From sequence record NC_061421.1: a DNA stretch of 64,000 nt; one strand, given 5' to 3'. The position numbers were made by a program, and so were the translations under genes. Positions 1 through 8,945 of the stretch are shown here, piece by piece. The notes beneath the pieces were generated by a model, which did no database searches, was not told the DNA's origin, and worked only from the letters and a program-made list of their open reading frames with translations. Each line of letters opens with the position of its first letter. The stretch's first letter is position 1.

Positions 1-20
1 AATACCGGCCATGAAATATT

Positions 21-1412
21 TCATACCGACACCTCTATTTTAATCGCAGGGTGGTGTTTGTATTCCGTGAAGACGAAGTCCTCAAAGGTGAGTTCAAATA
101 ATCCTTTCTTTGGAACGACCACCGCCGAATCGTAATAGTGCTCAGAACGAACAAAACATTCTACTGGTTTATACGGCTCACGAGTAAGCTGTAATTTCAC
201 TTCCTCGATCTGGTTAAGGTAGATATGGACGTTAGTCAGATTACCAACCAACTGTTTTGGCGCCATCCCCAACTCATGGGCAAAGGCCAGTAACATGAAT
301 GCGTAGAACGCCTGGTTATACGGTTCGCCGACGGGTAAGTCCACGGAACGCATTGAGTACTTAAGACTCAACCACTGCGTAGGGACATGATTCTCAGTGA
401 GCCACTCCGCTTTACGTTCTGCCGACATCTTAGGTTGATTACAATGTTCTTCTGCGTAGCAGTCGGACATGTGATCTTCCCAGAGATCCTGGAAGTACGG
501 GTTAGCGTTATTCGCGCACCAATCCAAACGCTCGCGCAGCGTCATCTCTTCCACGTAGAACTCTACGAGGAAATGACAGGGAGTGAGGCACGGTTTTCCG
601 TTGATAACGTTTTCCTGCGGTGTCACCTTTACCGTCTTAGTTCGCGGTACCCCGTGACTGGCCAGAAAATCTTCGCAGTTATCGGTCTTACCGTGATCTT
701 CCAGGCGCGGCCAGAAGATCGCATAAAGGTCCGGGCTGTGGGTTTTTAAATGTTCCCACATCTCGTCATTAGTGAGAGTAACTTCTTTCGTTTCCTCTGG
801 CATCCAGAGTGGGTTCCACGCCGAGATGAGAATCCGGCGGGATTCTGGATTGTTCCGCAGCAGGTCTAAAACATATGCGACTTGATCAACGCCTTTCTTC
901 TTAAGCGGGTCTTCCGAGAAGTTTCGCCAGGCGCTACCATACGGCGCATTCAGATCATTTACGTGATGTGCGATTACCGAGCGCGTACGCGGTACGTTAT
1001 GCGAATCCAACCACACGTGACCCTCTTCGACTGGGCGAATAGAGATCTTCTTACTGAAGAACTCGATGTACGCATCTTCGTTGTTTTCTTCCAGCCAACG
1101 CAAACGCTCGTAATTCTCCAACTCCACTTCCGTAGAGACGTTTTCCTTCAACCGCCACGGCGCCCAGAAATCCCCTTTCCCGTCCTCGGTGATCATCGAC
1201 TCCATATGGAGCTCACCATTAAGGATAGAACGGAACTCTCGCCAAGCCAGTTTACGAGAAACAAACTTTGTGGTGAGTAACGGGAACTCACCTTTTGATA
1301 GATCGTATTTTAATCTGGCATCAAAAATACCGATAGTCCCTGTCCCGGTACGATCGCCGCGCACTCGTCCTGTTTCCAAGACTTCCTGGAGTAATTCAAG
1401 GTATTGTTTCAT
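21..1412 (-). CDS. thyA: Thymidylate synthase with three inserted modules
   Basis: DRTGTGT, FPLLTTK, SRRILISAWNP, catalytic PCH, RSVD..G.PYN and HIYLNQ motifs; 463 aa because of insertions. Confidence 0.95.
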   Translation of the reverse strand: MKQYLELLQEVLETGRVRGDRTGTGTIGIFDARLKYDLSKGEFPLLTTKFVSRKLAWREFRSILNGELHMESMITEDGKGDFWAPWRLKENVSTEVELENYERLRWLEENNEDAYIEFFSKKISIRPVEEGHVWLDSHNVPRTRSVIAHHVNDLNAPYGSAWRNFSEDPLKKKGVDQVAYVLDLLRNNPESRRILISAWNPLWMPEETKEVTLTNDEMWEHLKTHSPDLYAIFWPRLEDHGKTDNCEDFLASHGVPRTKTVKVTPQENVINGKPCLTPCHFLVEFYVEEMTLRERLDWCANNANPYFQDLWEDHMSDCYAEEHCNQPKMSAERKAEWLTENHVPTQWLSLKYSMRSVDLPVGEPYNQAFYAFMLLAFAHELGMAPKQLVGNLTNVHIYLNQIEEVKLQLTREPYKPVECFVRSEHYYDSAVVVPKKGLFELTFEDFVFTEYKHHPAIKIEVSV

Positions 1413-1642
1413 TTATTCTCATTCTCCCCTATTTCAGTTAATTTCAACATCAAGTTATTGCGTGCGTTTAGCATAGTCTGTGTATTTTTAAAACCTATGC
1501 GCAGTTCACCACCGGAATAGAAGAGAACTTTAAAAAACGCATAATCGTTTCGGTCTTCTGGCCATGCCGGCCCAACAAACTTTATGTCGCTTAGATCAAT
1601 CATAAAACTTTGATCTGTACCATCGAGTATCGTAGTTAACAT
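1409..1642 (-). CDS. Hypothetical protein (77 aa)
   Basis: ORF overlaps neighbours at both ends in a co-oriented operon. Confidence 0.7.
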   Translation of the reverse strand: MLTTILDGTDQSFMIDLSDIKFVGPAWPEDRNDYAFFKVLFYSGGELRIGFKNTQTMLNARNNLMLKLTEIGENENK

Positions 1643-2031
1643 TCACTTTCCTCAGTAAAAATTTTATCGATGTACGGCGTTTTATTGACCCCAACAAATT
1701 CCCCGGTAAACCATCCGTCGGAGAGACGAACGATCTTGTAATAAAACATCCGGTTAAATCGCGTTCCGTTTTTCTTTGTGATCATGTTCGTTATTGCTGC
1801 CGGCAAACAAAAGGCACCAGACATGATCTTTCTTTCGTATCCTTTACCGACCCGGAATCGGAATTCTTCTGTGGTTGTATCAACCTCAAAGTCGATCGAT
1901 GAATACAATTCCGGTTGTAGGTCCCGGAAACCTGCGGAGAGATAACAGCTCCCACCAGGCATTAAGCGAAGGTAAATGCTCTTTTGTTTCAGCGTAAGCT
2001 TGGGAATATTCTCGAGTTTCTCAAAGGGCAT
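1636..2031 (-). CDS. Hypothetical protein, paralog of 3723..4133
   Basis: Start moved to MPFEK (2031); shares IDFE..FRFRVG..G.F.LP and DGW..G.F with 3723..4133. Confidence 0.75.
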   Translation of the reverse strand: MPFEKLENIPKLTLKQKSIYLRLMPGGSCYLSAGFRDLQPELYSSIDFEVDTTTEEFRFRVGKGYERKIMSGAFCLPAAITNMITKKNGTRFNRMFYYKIVRLSDGWFTGEFVGVNKTPYIDKIFTEESEC

Positions 2032-2536
2032 CTGAGTTTGCTCCAAATTGGAAAGGTGAAAAGAAGTTGATAACCATTTCGACCTTTTCTTTGTCAATAA
2101 AGAACTTCCCAACTTCGTTATAGTCTGGGTCAAGGAAGTCGACGAGCCTTTCTTTAAAATACTCGCAAACCACATCGTTTTGTTTCATTTCACTGATGGC
2201 GGAGACTCTCAGTATAACTTCGCCTTCAATCTTGTTGATGTGGTAATTCACGGTGTACCCGCGCAGCGCGGTGTTGATTTCTCCAACATGGAGTGTTTCG
2301 ACGTAGAAGCTAGAATAGCCAAATTGACCATCCCAGTTTTCTTTTAGAACCAGTTCGAATTTCTCCTCGACTCTGCGCAGGATTTGCGTAAAATCTTTTT
2401 CAAGTTCAGGAATTACTTTTCTTTTACGCTCTTCTAATTCATCAACGTAAAGGAAAAGCTCTTTAAACTTATTCCCTCCGCGAGTAGAGAGTTCTTTTTC
2501 TTTTTTCAAAAACCAAAATATTTGATCGAGTTTCAT
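2021..2536 (-). CDS. Hypothetical protein
   Basis: GGAGG RBS before MKLDQ at 2536; downstream of terminator. Confidence 0.7.
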   Translation of the reverse strand: MKLDQIFWFLKKEKELSTRGGNKFKELFLYVDELEERKRKVIPELEKDFTQILRRVEEKFELVLKENWDGQFGYSSFYVETLHVGEINTALRGYTVNYHINKIEGEVILRVSAISEMKQNDVVCEYFKERLVDFLDPDYNEVGKFFIDKEKVEMVINFFSPFQFGANSDAL

Positions 2537-2579
2537 TTTTATTCCTCCGTAATTTATCAAAATAAAACAAGACGGAATA

Positions 2580-2609
2580 AAAAGAGAGGGGGAGATTCCC
2601 CTCTCTTTT
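2580..2609 (-). terminator. Intrinsic terminator hairpin
   Basis: AAAAGAGAGGGG-gagatt-CCCCTCTCTTTT right after macrodomain stop. Confidence 0.8.
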
Positions 2610-3209
2610 CTATTTACCCGTGCGAGTGTTTACCCAGGAAGACAAATGCTTCAGTTTGTCACGATGAGCGAGTAGCTTGCTCCAGCTTTTCTCGGGTTTG
2701 TTGGTGGAATCTCCAACTACCCTTTGATAGGCGTAGACGATTTGATCGTAAGAAACTTCAGCCGGCATCCCGCCAGTGGCCGTACAGAAGAGAGGCATGA
2801 CAACCTCAGAAATTTTCCTGTCGGGTGTCATCTTATTGAAATAAACAATTTGACAGAATGCAGCGAGGGCCACACGGTAAGCGATATCTTTTTCTTTTGC
2901 GGGGCTAGGAAAACGCATAGTCGGCGCGTAGCACAGCTGTAGATTACCGCCTAAAGAAACAGTAATAGCTTGGCCCACCGGCATTTCTTTACCCCAGAAA
3001 CGCTCGATAGCAAATTGTACTGCATCTTGAGAATCGGGAAATTTATTCGCTATAACTTTGTCGAAGCCGCCATCCATGATCCCGAATGAATTACCTGGCG
3101 TAATAACGCAGTCGTAATCTTTTCCCGGGATCAGCGCATTAAAGTCGCCTTTCTGGTAATGTTGGCGGGGTGAAAGATTTACTCTGTCAACGATCTTTAG
3201 ATTAAACAT
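2610..3209 (-). CDS. Macrodomain (ADP-ribose / Appr-1''-p processing) protein
   Basis: KGD, TPGNSFGIMDGGFD, PTMRFP and P.F.TATGG motifs. Confidence 0.88.
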   Translation of the reverse strand: MFNLKIVDRVNLSPRQHYQKGDFNALIPGKDYDCVITPGNSFGIMDGGFDKVIANKFPDSQDAVQFAIERFWGKEMPVGQAITVSLGGNLQLCYAPTMRFPSPAKEKDIAYRVALAAFCQIVYFNKMTPDRKISEVVMPLFCTATGGMPAEVSYDQIVYAYQRVVGDSTNKPEKSWSKLLAHRDKLKHLSSWVNTRTGK

Positions 3210-3213
3210 TTTA

Positions 3214-3699
3214 TTACCTTCCTAGATTAAAGAGTGATTGTAAAGGGCTCAGTAATGGTTTCTTGTAGTTTCGATAGACGATCTCGATTGATAACTTTGC
3301 TCCGGATTTGGAGGTCAAAAGAAGTACATCTGAAATGTATCGGGTTTTCAGGAGCTTCTTCTTCTGATAAATCTCAAGAACTTTCTCGGCTTTCTCGTCG
3401 ATAAGGTAATCGCTATCTAGCCTTACTCGAATTTCTTTCAGTGCATTAGTTCGAATCGCAAGTTGAAAGTCGATAGAGAGTCGAGGCGCTGTCACCTTGA
3501 CAGACCCTTTCTCCCCGATACCGTTCTTCAACTTCTCATGGAAAGCAACGCTGGCTGATTTGTCCCGTAAATATTCGGTGACTTCGTCTATCGTCTTGGA
3601 GATAACAGCGATCAGTGCGATCTCTAGACTTTGGGGTTCTTCTTCCACCGGTTCTTCAAGTGATTGAAACAATTTAGCAAGTGGGTCGGCTGAGGTCAT
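3214..3699 (-). CDS. Hypothetical protein (161 aa)
   Basis: RBS (GGAG) and tight packing. Confidence 0.7.
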   Translation of the reverse strand: MTSADPLAKLFQSLEEPVEEEPQSLEIALIAVISKTIDEVTEYLRDKSASVAFHEKLKNGIGEKGSVKVTAPRLSIDFQLAIRTNALKEIRVRLDSDYLIDEKAEKVLEIYQKKKLLKTRYISDVLLLTSKSGAKLSIEIVYRNYKKPLLSPLQSLFNLGR

Positions 3700-3722
3700 T
3701 TTTTACTCCTACTTTTATCAGA

Positions 3723-4133
3723 TCAAATCCAACGATCGTTAGGGCGAATAAAGGTTTGGAAAACGCCGTACCACCAACCGTCGTCTTTCAAAACGGGTTG
3801 GAAGTAGGCAGAACGCCGCATTGACCCGACCTGATTTTTCCCTGCAGCAATAATATTCTTGTACCAAATAGTGCGTAGTACTGCACTAGGAAGCTGGAAT
3901 TTCCCGCCCACTAAAGGACGGTCGTAATTTTCCCCTACACGAAAACGAAACCTACCATTGTTAGGCTCGTATTCAAAGTCGATAGTATTGTTTTCCCCCT
4001 CTTCTAATCCCCAGAGAAATGTCTTTGATAATGAACAGTCCGAATCGCGCGACAGTCGAATGTAAGGTACTGTATAGACTTGCTCACGCGGAGTAGAGGT
4101 AGTGGGAGTATATGGTATCTTGATAAAAGGCAT
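3723..4133 (-). CDS. Hypothetical protein, paralog of 1636..2031
   Basis: Shared motifs MPF.K, IDFE, FRFRVG, DGW. Confidence 0.75.
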   Translation of the reverse strand: MPFIKIPYTPTTSTPREQVYTVPYIRLSRDSDCSLSKTFLWGLEEGENNTIDFEYEPNNGRFRFRVGENYDRPLVGGKFQLPSAVLRTIWYKNIIAAGKNQVGSMRRSAYFQPVLKDDGWWYGVFQTFIRPNDRWI

Positions 4134-4163
4134 GTAATTCTCCTTGACTAAAAAATAAAAGAA

Positions 4164-4187
4164 TAGAGGGGAATTAATTCCCCTCTA
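4164..4187 (-). terminator. Terminator-like perfect 24-bp palindrome
   Basis: TAGAGGGGAATT-AATTCCCCTCTA with A-tract on the left (U-tract on minus). Confidence 0.75.
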
Positions 4188-4192
4188 CGTTA

Positions 4193-4555
4193 TTAGCAGA
4201 CGATCGAATCAACGAACAGTGCGGTATTGCTGCGAGTCGGCTGAATTTGCTTTTCGATGGTCGGGAAGAATTTACCGGCGGCGTTAATGAAAAGAAACGC
4301 GGTGTCTTTCTCGCCGCGACCTACTTTTTCGGCCGATAGAACACTAACCGGGAAAGGAACAACTTTGACTTTATCAATCACTGCCGGACCAAGGTAAAGC
4401 TCGATCATTTCCGCAAACTTTTTACGGGTCGCTGGATCACCGTAAACTTTAATTGTTTTCCCTTTTACCAGGTTATTGAGAATGAACGCTGCGTAGTGAA
4501 GCAGCGCTGTATTGTTGAAAGTACCTGTAACGCGGATCGATTGAATTCGTTTCAT
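4193..4555 (-). CDS. Hypothetical protein
   Basis: ATGA overlap with upstream stop at 4552-4555. Confidence 0.7.
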   Translation of the reverse strand: MKRIQSIRVTGTFNNTALLHYAAFILNNLVKGKTIKVYGDPATRKKFAEMIELYLGPAVIDKVKVVPFPVSVLSAEKVGRGEKDTAFLFINAAGKFFPTIEKQIQPTRSNTALFVDSIVC

Positions 4556-5109
4556 TTCGTGAACACCCAATAAACACTGTAGAAGTTGATCGCATGAATA
4601 CCGGAAGAGAGGGTATCAAGTTCCCCTAGGTCATCAGGGTCAATAAGGTTGACCTTTAACCCTGTCGCCAACAAACGTTTCAGATTGTAAGCCACGGCTG
4701 TCTGAGGAATCCGAAACGTAATCGCTTGTTGGTTTCTGAAGTGACTAACCAAATCGCGAGGGGCATCACCTAAACGTTCTAGATACTTAGCGAACGTTTC
4801 GCCATCTAACCCGTCTAACGACCACTGCCAAACGACACCGTCTGCCGCAACGACAGCCACTCCTTTATAACGATACGGTTTTTGGTATTCTCCCCATTTG
4901 ATACTCTCTGGCTGATAGCAAGAATTGTAATCTGTGATCCTCAGTTCTTCGCCAGGTTCTGCTTCATCGACCATTTCAGCAAAAGCGGGAAGGAGAATAG
5001 TCTCACCGGCAGCGTTTTTAGCATGGGCGACAATTTCACCCTCAGTGAGCCCATAAGCATCAGCTGCGTAAACCCCACGTTCAAACTTCAATTTTATCTG
5101 CTGAGTCAT
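4552..5109 (-). CDS. Hypothetical protein (185 aa)
   Basis: Coupled to kptA stop by 4-nt overlap. Confidence 0.7.
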   Translation of the reverse strand: MTQQIKLKFERGVYAADAYGLTEGEIVAHAKNAAGETILLPAFAEMVDEAEPGEELRITDYNSCYQPESIKWGEYQKPYRYKGVAVVAADGVVWQWSLDGLDGETFAKYLERLGDAPRDLVSHFRNQQAITFRIPQTAVAYNLKRLLATGLKVNLIDPDDLGELDTLSSGIHAINFYSVYWVFTK

Positions 5110-5675
5110 TCTTTCTTTTCCTCTATTTTAAAACAGCCAACCGGAACGTGCCTGACTAACCAGACCCCGTTCAACGCTTTGTAGAACACGTAGCCGAGCT
5201 CAATTAATTTCTCGGCATCTACGCTCAGTACCACGAGAGAGCCTTTCTTAGCGTACCGTAAACCCACTAACCGCGCCGTCTCAATGTGATCGGTCAAATG
5301 GACAAACTGACGAGATTGCGGATTGAGTCCGTTCTCAAAAATGCTCTCTAAGTTACCCGATGCGGTACCGTGGTACAAAACCCTAGGAGGGGTCTCTTTG
5401 CTAAAAGACATTTCATTCACTGGGAAAGAATGCCCTTGTACCGCTCTGATTGCCGAAAGGTCTTTGGAAAGACTGAATCGTTTCTTGTCGTCTGTTTCAA
5501 CGACGTACATTAACTCCTCTAAACTGACCTCTTTTTTCTGCTCACTGAAAGCAGCAATAAGATCGTCGAGTTTTACATATCCAAATTCGTCCGGCGTTAA
5601 TTTCAATGCCTGAGGGCGATGACGTAAAACAAAACAGAGCGTTTTAGACAGTTTAATGGGGTCATTCATTAGCAT
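5106..5675 (-). CDS. kptA: RNA 2'-phosphotransferase (Tpt1/KptA family)
   Basis: SK.L..VLRH.P, IRAVQGHS, LYHGT and SRQFVHL motifs. Confidence 0.93.
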   Translation of the reverse strand: MLMNDPIKLSKTLCFVLRHRPQALKLTPDEFGYVKLDDLIAAFSEQKKEVSLEELMYVVETDDKKRFSLSKDLSAIRAVQGHSFPVNEMSFSKETPPRVLYHGTASGNLESIFENGLNPQSRQFVHLTDHIETARLVGLRYAKKGSLVVLSVDAEKLIELGYVFYKALNGVWLVRHVPVGCFKIEEKKE

Positions 5676-6180
5676 GAATACTCTTGTTAATGTAAATATT
5701 CCACCCCGGACTCACCCATACTGGAATTTTAAAACCTAAATGGTCTTCTTCTCGATAACCCCAATCTTCCCTTTTAGTAAATGAAAAGAAACGATCGCGA
5801 TCCGCTCTCAACTTATCGTAATAGGCAAACATTTTGTGATCAATTGCCTCTGCTTTATATTTCGCATAGAGCCATTTGCGATACTGCGCTTCCATTTCAT
5901 TGTATTCCACCGGCTCATACCCAGAAAGAATCGTCACACCACCAGTAACATTTTCGGGGTAGCACTGGAGTCCATCCCAAATAGCGGGAAGGGGGATAAA
6001 GTCACCCAGTTCCCAAATATCGAACATGGGTGTCAGAACAGAGCGTGGCTCATCCGGGCAAACACTGAATGTTGCGTTACGGAAAGCGGCTTCTTTATCT
6101 TCAGCGGCAATTAATAACACCGTCGCTTCTTTAGACTCAGGAAGATCGTAAAACTTCTCACTTGCCAGAAAAAGTTTCAT
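5662..6180 (-). CDS. Hypothetical protein (172 aa)
   Basis: Overlapping co-oriented ORF. Confidence 0.7.
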   Translation of the reverse strand: MKLFLASEKFYDLPESKEATVLLIAAEDKEAAFRNATFSVCPDEPRSVLTPMFDIWELGDFIPLPAIWDGLQCYPENVTGGVTILSGYEPVEYNEMEAQYRKWLYAKYKAEAIDHKMFAYYDKLRADRDRFFSFTKREDWGYREEDHLGFKIPVWVSPGWNIYINKSIHANE

Positions 6181-6455
6181 TATCGTTCCCCTATTGCGCC
6201 TAGTTCAGTTTTAACCCAACTAAAACAATATTTCCCTTCGTACTGTGTATTCATGAGCGCCTTAGGAGTGGTTTTGGTAGGATCAAAAACACAGACGAAG
6301 ATACGATTGAAACGTTCTTCTCCCTTGTAGATAAATAACCCCTCGCGATTAAAAACTGCGGATACGAACCCTGGTAAAGTTTTAAGAAATTCTAATGCCT
6401 TTTCTTGGTCTTTTTTAAGGTTCCCTGTTGAAAATTCCACATTAATTACTTTCAT
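6180..6455 (-). CDS. Hypothetical protein (91 aa)
   Basis: Coupled to neighbours. Confidence 0.65.
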   Translation of the reverse strand: MKVINVEFSTGNLKKDQEKALEFLKTLPGFVSAVFNREGLFIYKGEERFNRIFVCVFDPTKTTPKALMNTQYEGKYCFSWVKTELGAIGER

Positions 6456-7161
6456 TATTATTCCCCTGTGCAGTTAGACCAAAATAATGACATTTACCTT
6501 GCGCAGCAACTCGGTATTTCTTTGCGTGCGCTGCACCAAGCGCAGTGTAAAACTTGAGATTGCTGATGTAGTCAATATTCCTTTCCGTAAACTCTTCACG
6601 TGTCTGCCCGAACCGAATACCGATCTCTTGGTACAACCCGTTAAAGATATCTTCATCGAGATAAGACATTGCGTAAAGTTGATCGGCGTCCCGAATAATG
6701 CCGAATAAATAACGCATACCGGTACCACCGGGATACTGCGGAAAAGGGTCGTCGAAGTTATAATGCGTGAATCCAACTAATAAAGTGATCATCGCTTTAT
6801 TAGCCGTAGGAAACTCACACCAGAAACCTAATTGCTCAAGTTGCTGTAAAGCGTGCTCGATATTTTTCCAGTCATCTTTCTCTCCCAAATGACAGAAATC
6901 GTGAACTAACCCTGCAATGACGGCTGATTCAAAATCCTTCTCAGAGAGTCCGTAATTTGATGGCTCAAGATTAGAAAGAAGATAACTTGTTAATACACCA
7001 ACGCCAATTAAATGGTGCGTAGAATGATAAGGGCGGTCGACGTTGTGTTTTTCCACCCACTGCATCATTTTACCGTATCGATTAAAGAATTGTCGTCCCC
7101 AGATAGGGTTAAACTCTTCTAACGAATACGCTTCCCAGAAGTTTGAAAATTCACTATTCAT
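6442..7161 (-). CDS. HD-domain metal-dependent phosphohydrolase
   Basis: PYHSTHH, AGLVHDFCH and IRDAD motifs. Confidence 0.85.
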   Translation of the reverse strand: MNSEFSNFWEAYSLEEFNPIWGRQFFNRYGKMMQWVEKHNVDRPYHSTHHLIGVGVLTSYLLSNLEPSNYGLSEKDFESAVIAGLVHDFCHLGEKDDWKNIEHALQQLEQLGFWCEFPTANKAMITLLVGFTHYNFDDPFPQYPGGTGMRYLFGIIRDADQLYAMSYLDEDIFNGLYQEIGIRFGQTREEFTERNIDYISNLKFYTALGAAHAKKYRVAAQGKCHYFGLTAQGNNNESN

Positions 7162-7867
7162 TGCTAACCTCGTAGTAAGCCATATTGACCGCCTTTAACG
7201 TTTTAACGATCATTTCAGAATCAAATATGGTTTGGTTCCAGTTACGGTGAGTGGCGACGTAGAATTCGTGTTCCTCGGGCGTAAACTCAATATAGAAGCT
7301 GTGGTCAGCATCAACAAGGGCGGAAATTTTATTAGTGGCAGCACAGTAGAGAACTTTAGTACCCGCTAACTCAGAAATACGTTTAAGTTTATCCGGGTTA
7401 ATTAAAGGGTGTGCTAAAAACGACTCTACTGTCCCCTTAAACGGGAGAATATTCATTTCGCCGTTAGAGGAGTCCGTCGGTCCCAGGTATTTCCTCACCG
7501 CAATCTGACAATATTCTTCGACCTGATTACAATATACTTCCATCAACTCTTTCGGAACTTCGAAGAGTTTTTTCTCCAGGCGGTCGATTAATCCATTTGT
7601 CATAATCTCGTCGTTGCGAATCAAGACCATCGGAAACCATTTCTGCAATAAACAGAAGAATCGAGGGTCCACTCCATGATTCGTTAAATAACTAACGAAC
7701 TCGGTGGTTCCAATACCTGCTATCCAACCAAAAGGTTTATTAGTACCGGGAGGGATAAAGTCTTCGTCTGACCAAAAAGCGCGAAGATAATGTTGATCGC
7801 GACTGAGAGCCTGAACAAAGAAAGTAAATTCTGGTTTAAGATTTAAGAAACGTTCGATGAGCTGCAT
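7154..7867 (-). CDS. Hypothetical protein (237 aa)
   Basis: Coupled ORF. Confidence 0.7.
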   Translation of the reverse strand: MQLIERFLNLKPEFTFFVQALSRDQHYLRAFWSDEDFIPPGTNKPFGWIAGIGTTEFVSYLTNHGVDPRFFCLLQKWFPMVLIRNDEIMTNGLIDRLEKKLFEVPKELMEVYCNQVEEYCQIAVRKYLGPTDSSNGEMNILPFKGTVESFLAHPLINPDKLKRISELAGTKVLYCAATNKISALVDADHSFYIEFTPEEHEFYVATHRNWNQTIFDSEMIVKTLKAVNMAYYEVSNE

Positions 7868-8355
7868 TAGTTATTCTCCAGATGGATACGAATTTTAAAA
7901 TCAACAAACGGTGTAATCTCTTGTCCATTGAGTAAGAGGGGCGTGGTGTAGTCAGTTATTATTCTAAACGCCCGTAACTCAAAACCAATGATTATGGTGA
8001 AATCAACCACCACACCTTCTCTGAATACAGAGAATGTTTCTCTAGGAACATTCCCTAACCCAGTACTACGGAGAATCATCTCGTTAGTACTTACGAATGT
8101 TGTAGTGATAGGTGAGTCGCTTTCCGGGTCTTTCCATAAACGACTCACCGAAAGGACTTCGATACTGGTAATTCTCTTGTTGTCTGGAACAATATTTTTC
8201 AGTTTGTGGATGCGGTCGTCTGAGATCGTTAAATCGAAGAAAGGGACATCAGCATTTTCAAGTTTTGGGTCGTTCAATAACCTTTGAGTTTCCTTTACTT
8301 TAGCACTATCGCTGAGATTACTAGCCATGATTCTTCGAATATCGTCAAGTAACAT
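7867..8355 (-). CDS. Hypothetical early protein (162 aa)
   Basis: AAGGAG RBS; first gene after promoter motif at 8388. Confidence 0.75.
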   Translation of the reverse strand: MLLDDIRRIMASNLSDSAKVKETQRLLNDPKLENADVPFFDLTISDDRIHKLKNIVPDNKRITSIEVLSVSRLWKDPESDSPITTTFVSTNEMILRSTGLGNVPRETFSVFREGVVVDFTIIIGFELRAFRIITDYTTPLLLNGQEITPFVDFKIRIHLENN

Positions 8356-8387
8356 TTTGTTCTCCTTTAATTTTCCTCTACATCTAA

Positions 8388-8405
8388 GTGATATAGACTT
8401 GAAAA
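8388..8405 (-). promoter_or_regulatory. Putative early (virion RNAP) promoter
   Basis: Minus strand TTTTCAAGTCTATATCAC, about 32 nt upstream of ATG 8355; matches four other copies. Confidence 0.7.
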
Positions 8406-8434
8406 CGAATCGAAAAAAAAAACAATACAGTAAC

Positions 8435-8464
8435 CTCTCCCTCTGGCCTAGGCCAGAGGGAGAG
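8435..8464. terminator. Perfect 30-bp palindrome, terminator of the membrane protein gene
   Basis: CTCTCCCTCTGGCCT-AGGCCAGAGGGAGAG; A-rich run to the left. Confidence 0.75.
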
Positions 8465-8469
8465 TACGG

Positions 8470-8877
8470 TTAAAGTTGTACGCCTAACGCTGCCGCAACG
8501 ACGACCGCAACGAAGATCGAAAGAATACCGGAAAGGATATACCAGACAAACCACAGGCGGGAGTTACCGTTGCGATTCTGGCGCTTGTAAATGTAGACCG
8601 GTGCGATCAACCACCACCAGGCAGACGGAACGAAAGCGCCTTCTTTTTTCAGTGACTCACGGTCGTAGACGAACCACACGGTAAACAACACCAGCGAGAT
8701 CAGCCAGCCGATGGACGGCAGCGCGACCTGAATCGCAGTGAAGATCGGTTGTGAGAAAATGATGAAGAGCATGAAGAACGGCGTCATCAATTGAGGCAGG
8801 GTGCCTTTCTTGAAGAAGATGTGGCCGTTGTTATCGCGGAATTGATTATCGTTCAAATTGATGGTATCGGTAGACAT
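8470..8877 (-). CDS. Multi-pass membrane protein in a stand-alone transcription unit
   Basis: 3-4 hydrophobic segments, PSAWWWLIAPVYIY motif. Confidence 0.8.
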   Translation of the reverse strand: MSTDTINLNDNQFRDNNGHIFFKKGTLPQLMTPFFMLFIIFSQPIFTAIQVALPSIGWLISLVLFTVWFVYDRESLKKEGAFVPSAWWWLIAPVYIYKRQNRNGNSRLWFVWYILSGILSIFVAVVVAAALGVQL

Positions 8878-8945
8878 ATATTGACTCGCTTATGTAAGTG
8901 TGTTTAAAGGGTAAATTTTAAGTTTACTATCTCAATTGCATAATA

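Noticed and set aside
372-1130. TS insertions as inteins or introns
   Set aside because: They are too short, in frame, and lack N-terminal C/S, C-terminal HN and homing endonuclease motifs.
21-1412. TS as a dCMP hydroxymethylase or modified-base enzyme
   Set aside because: The specificity Asn (G.PYN) is retained and a canonical dUTPase is present; no glucosyltransferase or base-modification genes were seen.
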